From Macrostomum lignano (Eukaryota), in assembly GCA_002269645.1 (NCBI GenBank), contig NIVC01000510.1:1-64000 (forward strand): a stretch of DNA of 64,000 nucleotides, given 5' to 3'. Position 1 is the stretch's first letter. The number at the start of each line of letters is the position of its first letter. Positions 24,281-44,500 of the stretch are shown piece by piece. Position numbers and translations under genes: made by a program. Under the pieces are notes generated by a model. That model ran no database searches. It was given only the letters and a program-made list of their open reading frames with translations, and was not told the origin of the DNA.

Positions 24281-27200
24281 GCAGACAGCGTGAGAGAGAG
24301 AGAAACGCCAAACAAAAGAAATGACCTCTCAGCCAATCAGCGTGCCTGCCGAGCAGATCTGACTGAATGGGGGCTAGAAAAGAAAAACACAAAAACACAA
24401 GCCCAGCCAATCAGTGGCCGCCGCGGGGAAAGACTCAAGCCGGGCCGAGCGCCCCCTCCCCCATCCAGCCAGAACTGGTCTGGGGATGGCCGCCTAGGGC
24501 GCACGCAAAACAACTCAAAAAGTACAAGAGCACTCCACAGGCCAGACACCACACTGCATTACGTTAATTATGTGATCAGGATAGACCATGCTCTATAAAG
24601 TTCATCCATACTTTCAAAATGTATCACTTCAAGGCCATTATTGCTTTCGCTAATAAAAACCTGTCGTAATCGAGGAAGGCCAGGGTTGAATTAGTTCCTT
24701 TCACCGGCTTCTTCCGGGCGGCTCGCCGCAATTGAAGGCGGATTCGGCGGCGGCACATCTGTTGAGAAGGCCGAGCAGCCTCTAAAAGTTGAGCTGCTGA
24801 GTGTGAATTCTTGGACGCTTGCTGGGTCTTGCTTTCAGCGTCCTCCATTGACACAGCACTGCAGCTGAATCTGCGGAATTCTTTGAAGCAGCTGGTCGTA
24901 CTCTGAAGGCGATCAGCTGCAGCAGCTGGACGACAAGTTACAGAATCTCCAACAGCGATATGACGTACACTCCGACTAAAAGACCTGAAGTTGATATTCA
25001 TATATTAATTAAGCTATCAATTGACAGATGCTCGTAATAAGCTCTTTAACGCTATGAAGACTCCAAGACTTAGGGAGGGGAAGTTCCGAGAGTAGTACTT
25101 TTTTATAGTTCGATCTCGCATCTAGTACAATACGTACAATACAATAGAATACGGTATCGATTTAGTCCATTGAATTGTTTAATTTTCTGGGGAATTTCAC
25201 TGCAGAGTTATTTCATTTTCAAGCCTAGCGTGTCCTCAAATCCAAGTGGCATTCAATTAGTGTGTGCCGCCCTCAAGCTGCGGCAGCTAATAGCAGCATG
25301 CAAGGCCAATACCCCTTTGAGTCCAGCGTAGCCAGCGGGTGTACACTGGCAAGCGAGTGGACGTCCAGGAGATTCGGCAGATCCACCAGCAGGCTGCGGT
25401 GCCGCAGAAAATCAGTTGCCGATCAGCGGTAAGCCTTCGCGCCGAACTGGCAGTGAAAACGGTAGCGGCCCTCATCAGGCTAGGACAGGCTCTGGTTGCT
25501 GGGGTGGCTGCTACCTCTGTTTGCCGCCGACACCCGCTCTGTCATCGAGTGTTGCTAGGTCGTCTCTGACGTCAACTGATGGACGGAGGCAGTCGACTGG
25601 ACCACTTAGGTTTTTGGCCCGTTTCGCAGCCGCGTTGTTGGATCACTGAAATCCGCATCGCACGTCAGGTAGCAACTGCTCGTGGAGAAGCTCCCCAAAC
25701 AGCATGCAGGTTCGGTGATTCCCCAGCAGGGCGAGCATCTCATCCATTATTTAGCTCTCGTTCGGTTGTCTGTCGCCGAGCCCGGTCATGTGTTGAGAAG
25801 GCGACTGGCCCGCTGCTGTCGGGTGAGGCCGTAGGCTACGACGAGCCGCTCCTTCAACCTGCTGTATTCTTCATCTGCCGGAGGATTCTTGAGCACGTCC
25901 AAGATGCGTTTGCCGAACAGTGTATAAAATTAATGATCTTTTATGTATATATTTACTATTCTTCTTATAATTATTTCATCAAAGAAAGTCTACTGGCCAA
26001 ACAACTTTTTTAACGTTCTTAAAATGCTCATGTACATTTTTCCACATTTGCATAGCGTCCTGTGTCGTTCAATGCGAGGCCTGAAAATTATTTTGCTATT
26101 AAAAATGGGCACAAAGTTCTAAATCTTTTTAATTAAGATTATAATCTTTAAAAATCAATTTCAATGACGTATGTATTTGCCCGGAAGTATAGACATGTTT
26201 TGAAATATGGCCAGAAAATGATATTTAGGAATTGCATTGCATCTAGTTAGTACATTTCCATTGAGATTTACTGCGTGTAATCATCGACATGTATTTAAAG
26301 TGAGCTTTCCATATTCCATAGGCTGTCAGTCCCAGCCGCGGCGGAGAGGGTTGCAATTCCCCGGCCCGTGAGCCCACTCAGCCAGTCGCATGAGCAGTCG
26401 GATCTGGTCCATCTCGCGCTGCAGTCTGGCAACCGTCTCTATAGCATTTTCTCTGTTGCCTAGCAACTGACCGTGTTGCTGGACAAGCTGCGCTTCAACT
26501 TCCCGACGTCGCTGCTCCGCATTGGAGGGAATTTCTCGCTCAATTCTCAGCATGATGTGCCGTCTGGCGAGCCTGTTCAGCTGGTACAGCTCTCGTCGGG
26601 AGTCGCAGCAGAGGCCACGCTCCAGAGGCCCCAGACAGCGACGCGATCCGCTCCAGGACTGGCTGCGACGTCGCTGGTTGCACTCTGTGTCGAATCTGGC
26701 CGGCGGTGCACGCAAAGACGCCATTGTGAATGCTGGTGAGACTGAAGCCGCTCGACGAATATCTTTGCCTGTATATCTGCTGCGCGATGAGAGCGTTTAA
26801 GTCATCTCGATGATTTCCCAAGTTATCCCATAATATCCTCGTCTAAGCCACGATCAAGGTAGATTCGAATTCAGCTATTCGTTTAGCGAAAAGTTCAAGT
26901 ACAGCACACGTCACGTGCCACTTTCCCTGCCCCCGGTGTTCCCAGCCGATGGGGATAAAGTTTGGGAAGAAAGCTTGAAGCCCACCCAGTACAAAAGACT
27001 ATCATTTGGAATGCTGCTGAACAGTGGAAGAAAGTACTGGCATGATACCCCCGGGTTCACGGGAATGTGCAGCGGCGTGCTTTAGCGAACGCTTCCGCAA
27101 CTGCATACAAACATTTCTGCTACCCAGAATAATACAAACCGATTCTCTTAAACTTACGGTATGCTTCTTAAAATAAGTTTTTGCTTTCGAGGCACTGTCT

Positions 27201-27740
27201 AACACAGACGTTACTGGCCTCGCTATTAATGGGCTACAATTACTCGTGATCATTGTCATGTAGATTTAGTCTATAGCATATGCGTTTAGCTCGTAGAGCA
27301 TCACTAAGTTACAAAATGCTACTGTAAGTAGAGTAGCTCGTAACGCAAACGGAAAATCGCTCGTAGAAATAAAACCTTGAATTATGTTACTGTTTATAAC
27401 GCAAAGATAAACCAGGTTTACCCTGAATATCGTAAACAACCAATCAACCCGGAAAAAAGAAATCTTCAGACTTCAAGAAGAGAACCCCGCGCGTTGCAAG
27501 GACAAGCAGAGGAGCCCATGACAGTAAGTGAACACTCGATTTTGTTACCAGACTCACGGTCTCGAAGTGGAAGTTCGTGCGTTTAGACACTACACGCAAT
27601 TACTCGTATCTCTCTCTCTCTTTACGAATACAGTTATGAGGTATGATGTGTCTGGTGTTGAGGTGTTTGATTGTCTAGTGGCTTCTGACGAGTGACTGGA
27701 AAATGTTTTATGCTGTATCACACATTTTTATAAGAGACAG

Positions 27741-28097
27741 GGGGCCGCGTGCACCCCGGCGCACTTAAAGCGACATTGTCACACAACCGGCGAGAGGCAT
27801 TACTGCTCATTCTGCCGACTCCCTGAGCAGGCACACAAGCGCGTGGATACGTACGCAGTCATACGCACAGGCACACACTCACACAGGAGTGTACAGCGGC
27901 CCTAACTTTATTTATCGTTAGGCATGTACACTTCACTGTGCCTTAGGGGTTGGCTCTCAAGGGCGTTAATTGCACGAGCAGAGCCAAGCCGAGATTCCAA
28001 TTTAGCCCCCCCCCCCAAATTAATGGGACTGCACTTGGAATCGAGCCTGGGCCACTGGCACATCAGAGCGCCCCGCTAGACCACTGGGCTACATCCC
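27741..28097 (-). mobile_element. tRNA-derived SINE, family B (most complete copy)
   Basis: Minus-strand head GATGTAGCCCAGTGG...GGCTCGATTCC (A/B boxes). Body shared with 9051, 47505, 51425 and 63330. Confidence 0.7.
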
Positions 28098-28359
28098 CTT
28101 TATACTAAGATTTCTTCACATTTACACACAGGTCAACAAACAATGTTGAAAAAATAAGCACCAGTCCTATATGCTTTGTTTGCAGTTGGAACGAAAATTA
28201 AACTTTTTTCTTTAACTTTTATTCTTGAACTTATTAACTTAGTGGGTCAGACGATGTCTAGACGAAGTAATAAAGGAACGAATAAGTATTAATTAATTTT
28301 ATCAGTAGGTTTTAGTAAACCAAAAACCAAGACATCGCAACTTATTAATCATTGCATTG

Positions 28360-29109
28360 TCAATCAAACGGTGACGGGCACTCGCACAGACCAGCAAGGG
28401 TGGCTCCCTCTTTGCTGTCACGCAACTTCGTGCTCGCAAAAATAACGTCTTCGGTTCCGTTTTCGCCTCCATTGTCAGGCTCGCCACTGGCCCAGAAGCT
28501 AGCATCCATTGTGATGTTGCAGGTGACCCAGCTCCAGCCTCCGTCGGGCTCAACACTCCCGGGAGCCTGAAGGCCGTTAAGCCACATCGACTGGCCACCA
28601 GTGAAGTTGTTAACGTAAAGCTGTCCGATATGCGACATCTCAGCGCTGCTGGTCACGTCAGCCATGATCACCAGGCCGCTGGTCGACTCGCAAGCCTGCC
28701 TCTGAGTAGTCCAAGGTGCACGTGTCAGCCAGGCCTTGTACTTCACTCCGCACAGGTCCATGGCGAAGCCTGACGGACACAGCGCGCCCGCCTCGAGTCC
28801 CGGCTGCTGCTTCACGAACACCCGGCCTCTCCTGGAGCAGCCGCAGTCCCTCACCGACTTGCTGCACTTGTCGAACACGAACAGCTGGCAAGGGCTGTCA
28901 GCCAGGCTGAAGGCCTGACAGCGCTGGTCATTGTTGCACAGATCCGCGCACAGGATGTCGGACGTGACGCCCGACACCGTAGTCTGGTACTCGGGCCGGA
29001 TGCAGAGGAATCCGTGCCTTGGATGGTAAAAACTTCCTGACGCGCTGTGCCACAGTAGGAGTGGCAGCATGAGCAGCTGGAGGCGAACTCTGATGATGCC
29101 GATCCGCAT
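28360..29109 (-). CDS. Intronless secreted PAN/apple + C-type lectin domain protein (249 aa)
   Basis: Hydrophobic signal peptide ending ASG. CADLCNNDQRCQAFS (PAN-like). CTLD: W-x5-C, MWLNG, WSW, FWASGEPDN, terminal LCE. Confidence 0.8.
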   Translation of the reverse strand: MRIGIIRVRLQLLMLPLLLWHSASGSFYHPRHGFLCIRPEYQTTVSGVTSDILCADLCNNDQRCQAFSLADSPCQLFVFDKCSKSVRDCGCSRRGRVFVKQQPGLEAGALCPSGFAMDLCGVKYKAWLTRAPWTTQRQACESTSGLVIMADVTSSAEMSHIGQLYVNNFTGGQSMWLNGLQAPGSVEPDGGWSWVTCNITMDASFWASGEPDNGGENGTEDVIFASTKLRDSKEGATLAGLCECPSPFD

Positions 29110-29696
29110 GATTCAGCAGTCAGAGCTGCAGCAACTGCAGACAATGGATAGAAACAGCTGGTATGCCAACGAGGTTTTATAGGAAAATTTTCTTGCTAGA
29201 AATTTCGAATGCCTCTTATTTTCCAATCAGTTGACAACGCATTTGTAACCCATTCTCAATGCAAAATGCAAGTTCTGCTGTGATTTTAATTGGATCGCTT
29301 TCTAATGGGAAGATGGTTTTAATTGCCATGCACTCCCTCCTATAAGGACATTAAGTAGCGAAATGAACGCTCACCAACTTAGCAAACAGTTAATGCTTAA
29401 GGCAACGTTTGCTGCAGTGTTTATTTTTAATTATAACAGAATTTCTATGCTCAAAAACGAGTGAACCGATGCTATCGATGATATTGCTTCATAGTCAGTT
29501 GGACTAGCCGTCTTCGCTCCCCATTGGGGGGACAGCAAAGAAAAGAAATGATATTTTTACTAAACTATAGCTGTCACTTTTGAGCCATTTCCATTGGAAT
29601 TGGAATTTCCATTGGAATCACACCGTGAGCTAGACCATATTGTCGTTTGATGAAAGATTTCTCCTTATCATCTGTAATGAAACTCCTATTTCAAAT

Positions 29697-30893
29697 AAAT
29701 GTTACTATAACTTAGTATTACACCTTTTAACATTCAATTTTGATCAAAGTCCAGTTCTAAAAACTAGCGGAAATTCAACTCAGTCGATTCAGACTGGGGA
29801 AAATTTTTTCTATGGCTAAACCTTGTTTCGGTGGTAGAATGTAGGATTCATACATCGATTTTTTGTGCTTAAATGGTCTATGGCACGCGTGCATAGACCA
29901 TTTAAGCACGCAAAATCGATGTATGAGTTGCATTGTATTACGTTGGCTTAATACTTTAGATGGCGCGTTAGATGCACGCTCAGTTAATTTGTCTTAACCA
30001 TAGACAAAAATGCGTGAAAGGCACGCAAGTTGATTGAGTGTTGCGAAGAAGGGAATAAGAAGCTGTTAAATTAAAATCACTTGTGAGAGAATATGGCTGA
30101 GCCACCAACTAAAGTCAGACTTCTGAATCTGAGCAAATTTCCAAACGAAATGATTTCCGGCTTGTCCACCAATGAGATTGACGACATTCTGAACGAGCCT
30201 GATAATCTACCGGAGTCGGCAATTGATCGAGAAGAGGAGGATCTTCTGGAGGCACTTTTCAAGAAGATACCTGACGAAGAAGCTGAACTACTTGAATTGG
30301 AACAGCTCGTTTCCGAAATCGAGGACACCGCTGCTAGTAAAAGTGTGACAAAGGCTACCGAATATTATGTCGGTAAGTTGCAGAGCTTCATGGAGAACCA
30401 TCCGTCAGTTCAGCGTGATTTGGCGACTTCTACACCGCGCGAGATCGACAGTCTATTGCGATACTTCTATGGCTCACTTCGCAAGAGGAATGGCGAATAC
30501 TTTGCTCCAGCCAGCCAGGTAGGTAATCGTCTACGCAGTCTACCTTGTTTACACAGTTCCCTGTTATTCGTTCGTTGTACTTGTAGCAGAAGTATACTTA
30601 TTAAAATATACTCACTTTCCGTGCATTACACGCACGCGTTAGACGCACGCTTGTTGCCTTTACTCAGATAGAAAATTGCCATAGACACCTACATTAGACG
30701 CACAGTAAATCGTGCATCTAACGCGCGCCAGCGTGATACAATGTTGTAAACTGGGGTCTGTTTTTATTGATTTTCCGTAAGCGTTGCCCCAGTCTGAATT
30801 GTCTGAATTGAATATCCGCTAGTTTTTTTAGAACTGGACTTAGATCAAAATTGAACGTGAAAAGATGTAATACTATAAGTTATAGTAACATTT
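29697..30893. mobile_element. Composite inverted-repeat element: outer IR 29697-29799/30787-30893, hairpin 29848-29926, inner IR 29931-29978/30711-30743
   Basis: All three inverted repeats read directly from the sequence. Confidence 0.7.
30093..30519 (+). pseudogene. N-terminal fragment of a Crypton/DUF3504-type tyrosine-recombinase-like protein
   Basis: SKSVTKATEYYVGKL...EIDSLLRYFYGSLRKRNGEYFAPAS resembles the L-x2-F-x3-RK-x-DG-x-Y motif of Crypton/ZMYM/KCTD1. Ends at a GTAGGT donor-like site; no downstream exon found. Confidence 0.55.
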
Positions 30894-32366
30894 CACGAGC
30901 ATTTGACATTATGGTTGTATTTTACGGTAGAATAATTTTGTGAACCCATTGCATGCTGTTGATAGATTCTTAATGCCGGGACATCAACTCTCGATGGCGG
31001 TAAATCAGCTCTAGATTTCTACGGCTACTAGAAGGTACTATTATGAAGGAGCTAGTGATTTGGGAAAAGAGTATATTGAATAGCAGTATAAGGCTACAAA
31101 GGCTATAAGGTTAAGTCCTTGTTGGACCCTGTCCAGGTTTCCAGCGTTAGACAAGCGATCCTTGAGTGAGAAACTTTAGTGAACGATTCTTGAGACCTTG
31201 TTCGACACAACTTTTTACGAAGTACAAGCAGCTCTTATTCTTGTAAGGGCTAGTGGAATTGAATGTCGTGTGTTTCTGGGTCTAGATCTATTTCAGAGAA
31301 CTGCAATAGGCATGAATTCTGGTTAGCAGACATCGATAAATATAGGCGAAAATGTCATTTCTGAGCAACGGCTCATTTCAAGAGAGTGATTTACATATCG
31401 AGCTACATACAAGCTAGTTTGCTGGGGTGCTGTTGGCGTCAGTGGACTTCAGACAGCACAGGAGGCTATGAACATAAAACAAACACTCCTAGATCATACG
31501 GGTGAACATCAGTGTTGACTTTCTCATCAGCAACCCACTGCACGCACCTAGCAAACAAACCAACCAAGCAAAGTTTCAGGGAAATTTCAGTTGCTGATAT
31601 CTCTTTAGTGTACTTTTTTAGCGCAGAGTTTTCTTGACTGACTCTTGTCTATGATACGAGTAAAATCCAATCCAGATCTGCAAAAAGCTTATTTTTCTTA
31701 AGTCCGTTCTACCGATTTTCATAAAATTTCTTTCCGAATTTTTATTGGTCAAATCAATCTCGAATCAAACACCTCGGTCGACGTATCCGGACATCGATAT
31801 ACCGTCGATGGACGACGTTGTACATGGTAATTTGGTTGGAGAGACCTTCTACATAGGCCGAACGTCAAGGTTATATAAAAGCATGTCAACATACATGGCT
31901 TGTACAGGATGCATGCTTGGTTTATAATTTGGTTAATAATAGTTCAATAGGAGTCGTCCAGAGACTCCGTGCGTGAACTTCTGTGCTCGTCAGGCATCAT
32001 TAGAGATTTATTGGGGCCTCTTATAAAGTACATAGTAAACCGAATAGCATGTGTGCCTACGACAAGTGCTTCCGTTTCCCGAATAAAGCCACCAGTATAA
32101 AGGAAGCCCTCGGTCAACTGTTAATTGACTATCCTGCGAGTTAGCGACTGGGACGTACAGGGCTGGAACGGGCAACGGACACAAACTTGTGCGACCCGGC
32201 CGACCAATCAAAGACGAGCGCAGACGAGTCTCCGCAGCAGTCATTTGTCTATACTTCAGGATTAACCGGAGCTATAAGTTTAGATTTAGAATAATAATTA
32301 AATGCACGCGCTTCCGTGACAGACAATGATCGACTCTTAAAGACATTGAGCAATGCCAGTCAAGCA

Positions 32367-40531
<8,165 letters not shown>

Positions 40532-41147
40532 CTATGCGTAGCATATAAGTAGTATGACTGACTGGGTCATTCCATGTTTAAGTAACGTGTTACGAGAGAG
40601 AGATTCACTTTTTGCATGCCGATAATGGGGATTGTGCCATAGACAAATCTTAATCCTTCTAGAAATTATTTAAACAAAGGAAATAGTTTGTTATTACTGA
40701 AACTAAGAACTAAACTAAACACAAATAATCAAATTTAATTTATTATCAAAAACTGACTTTGTCATAAGCGCAATTCTAGCACCAATATATTGTATATTTG
40801 TCAAGTCGAAGTTAAAAAAAGATTGAAACCATATACTTAAAAAATCAACAATAAATTGCAGGAACCAACTAAAAATCTAAAACTGATTATGCACTATTAC
40901 GAGTACAGTAAAAATCAGTGTAACAACCATAAAAAATTCGATTGCACTTGAAGGTTTCTTTGTAAAAAATCATCTAAATAGACACAAAATTAAAAGTTCG
41001 TTTAAAAATTTCTGGAATGACTCATCTGGCGCAAAAAAGCAACATACATGTAATGGCTCGCCCAGGTTTCATTGGGCAACAGAGTGTCTTACTAGTCGCT
41101 TTGTCATTAGAAATAGTAGAGTAGAACAGCGCAGTGTTTTTTAACCA

Positions 41148-41458
41148 ATAAATAATAATCATTGATTACACCTGCTCTAATTGCGGCAGATGTGCAACCG
41201 ACAGCTCAGCCGCAGCTATTGCGCGGCCCATCTGAAGGCTGCGTACGGCTGTTCAGTCCAAGGACTTGGGGGTTGCCACAAACACAGCCTCAATTACCCC
41301 AGCTAATGCTGGCACCCATTTTACAGCTGAGTGAACTGAAGCAATGTAGAGTCAAGCGTCTTGCTCAGAGGACACAAATTGTTCCGAGTGGGGTCGAGAA
41401 TCGAACCCCCGACCTTTAAGTCGTGAGTCCGACGCTCTGACCACTAGGCTACAACCCC
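41148..41458 (-). mobile_element. tRNA-derived SINE family A, full length
   Basis: High similarity to 6957-7262 over its whole length. Confidence 0.88.
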
Positions 41459-41542
41459 CTTCACTAGAATTTCGGATCAAATTCATTAAATACGCTTTCA
41501 AAACTTGTAGTGTTCAATGGTAGTTGGAAGTTTGTTTCTTCC

Positions 41543-44500
41543 CTATTGTTTCTTCTTTCCCTTTGTCTCGTCCGGTCCCGCTTGGCTAGCAATCCTCGCC
41601 GTCGTCCTCGAGTCCCACACTGCGATGTAGCCATCGTGACTGCGAGCGGCGCTCAGAAACCACCGACCAGGCGATGGCGGCGCGGTCAGACACTCCACAA
41701 CGTCGGCGTGGCCGTGCAGCGAAAGCAGCTGTCGGGCCTCGCAACACTGGCTGTCGGCTTTCCCAAAGCCGAATTCAACTAGAAAGATGTAGCCCTCTTT
41801 GCAGCCAACTAGTAGCATAGATTTCTTAGCTGAAGCTTTGTTGCTAGGGTCTTTAGAATCTTCCGGCACGGTTAGCTGGCACAGCGAGCCAATGCCTCGA
41901 CAGCGGCCAGTCTCCGACGGGCACTGTAGCTTTAGTCGGCTAGCCGGCTCTCGAACTGTTAGAGCCGGTTTGTTGCTAGGGCCAAGCTCCGTAGGGTAGA
42001 AACGTAGTTCACCAACTCTATCAGAGGCTGCCACCAGCACTAGGCAGTGGTCTTGAGTGGTTAAAGCTAACAATCGATCGCATTCAAAATGGCCACCGGA
42101 TTCTAAGCTGACCAAGAGTTGAGGCTTGTGACTGGCATTTAGGCTGAAGATTGCTCTGGAAATCAATGGTAGTAGGTGTAGACGAATCATATCAGTAGTG
42201 CCTTGACTAGAGCAATGTACATTTAAGGGGTAGAAGTATTTGTCTAGGGCCTCGTGGCTGGAGGATTGGAGCAGTTGGGCTACAGCGAGTGTACATTAGG
42301 GGGGGGGGGTAGAAATATTTGTCTAGGGCCGCGTGGCTGGAGGATTGGAGCAGTTGGGCTATAGCGAGTGTACATTGGGGGGGGGGAATATTTGCCTAGG
42401 GCCACGTAGCTGGAGGATTAGAGCAGTTGGGCTAGAGCGAGTGTACATTAGGGGGGTAGAAATATTTGTCTAGGGCCGCGTGGCTGGAGGACTAAAAATT
42501 TTTAGGAGTTGGGCCATATATGGACTTTTAATCTACTTAGTAAGTAGTAGTATTTAGGCAAGCAATTCTAATCGTCCAAACCTGCGACTGCAGAACAGCA
42601 GCAACGGTTTGACTACTTCGCTCATATCGCATCCGCCTGCACATTGGTGGGCAGCGGTGATCGGACTCAAGCACACTGGCCTGACACCCGGTCCGCAGTC
42701 TACTCGTCTTAGCAGCTTTCTTTGAGCAGTGTGCCAGACTAAAATTTCGGCTGGCTGCTTGTCGGCGATGCTGAATCCGCTGCTGATTGAGTAGCAGTGA
42801 TTGTTAACTTCTACCATGCTCAGCACCGGATGTCGGTGACCAATCAAGCGCTCCTCGGTTGAATGAGTACGATGGGCGGTGCAGATCACAGTCAGCTGAC
42901 TGCCGCTCTGGTGATGGTAGGTGGCCAACCAGAAGTGCGACGGCTCGCTGCTTACCTGAGAAGACGGAAATTAGAGTAAACATTTGTAGTAGGTGAAATG
43001 GTAGACAGAATAGATGAGACAGTAGACAGGGTAGTACAAGAAACGGTAGACAGAATGCTAGGCAAGTTAAAATGGTAGATAAGATAGTAGATAAGACGGT
43101 AGACAGGGTAGATGAGACGGTAGACAGGGTAGATGAGACGGTAGACAGGGTAGTTGAGACGGTAGGCAGGGTAGATGAGACGGTAGGCAGGGTAGGTGAG
43201 ACAGTAGGCAAAGCACAAGTAGACACAGACCTGCATCGCGCAGTGAATCCTGCCTGGCGGACTGGCTACAACACAATCGATTTGTCCAGCCTCAACATCC
43301 ACAATAGCCAATTTGGACATGGTGCTGGTGTTGAATGCGCAATAGATAGGTTCTGGGTAGCTGTACTGAGCAGCATTGCTCATTGGAAACAGGCCAACAA
43401 TGGTGACCTTCTCTGATTCGCCAAAAGCCGGATTAAACTTGCTAACCAGACTGTCATAGGTGCTAGCGGGCAGGCTGCAATCGTAGCGGCCCTTGCTAAA
43501 GTACAGAAAACAGTCCATGAGCTGTTTGTCAGCCCGGTGAAACTGGCTACCCTCCACTGAAGCCAGTGCCAGGAGGGTGTCAATAATGAGGGCATTCTCG
43601 CAAGCCTTGTGCAGTATGGTTCTGTCCTTGGCTATGCGATATGCTCTCACGGCCGCCAGATATTCTTCTAGCACAGTGTACCATGCCGGCAGATCACCCT
43701 TCAGCCATATGGTGTGGCTGCTGTTGTGCTGGTGCGCGGACTGGTGACGGTCCAGGGACTTGCTGAAAAATGGTTGCAGGGGCGCTTAATGCAACTGGGA
43801 CTGACCTGGAGGGTGTTTAAAGCAACTGGAATTGGCCTAAAGGGTGTTTAAAGCAACTGGAATTGGCCTAAAGGGTGTTTAAAGCAACTGGAATTGGCCT
43901 AAAGGGTGTTTAAAGCAACTGGAATTGGCCTAAAGGGTGTTTAAAGCAACTGGAATTGGCCTAAAGGGTGTTTAATGCAACTGGAATTGGCCTAAAGGGT
44001 GTTTAAAGCAACTGGAATTGGCCTAAAGGGTGTTTAAAGCAACTGGAATTGGCCTAAAGGGTGTTTAAAGCAACTGGAATTGGCCTAAAGGGTGTTTAAA
44101 GCAACTGGAATTGGCCTAAAGGGTGTTTAAAGCAACTGGAATTGGCCTAAAGGGTGTTTAATGCAACTGGAATTGGCCTAAAGGGTGTTTAATGCAACTG
44201 GGACTGACCTGGAGGGTGTTTAATGCAACTGGGACTGACCTGGAGGGTGTTTAATGCAACTGGGACTGACCTGGAGGGTGTTTATTGCAACTGGGTTTGA
44301 CCTACATGTCGAGGGTGTTTAATGCAACTAGGACTGACCCAGAGGGTTTTTAATGCAACTGGAATTGACCTAGAGGGGATTTATTACAACTGGAATTGAC
44401 CTAGAGGGTGTTTAATGCAACTGGAATTGACCTAGAGGGGGTTTAATGCAACTGGAATTGACCTAGAGGGGGTTTAATGCAACTGGAATTGACCTCGAGG

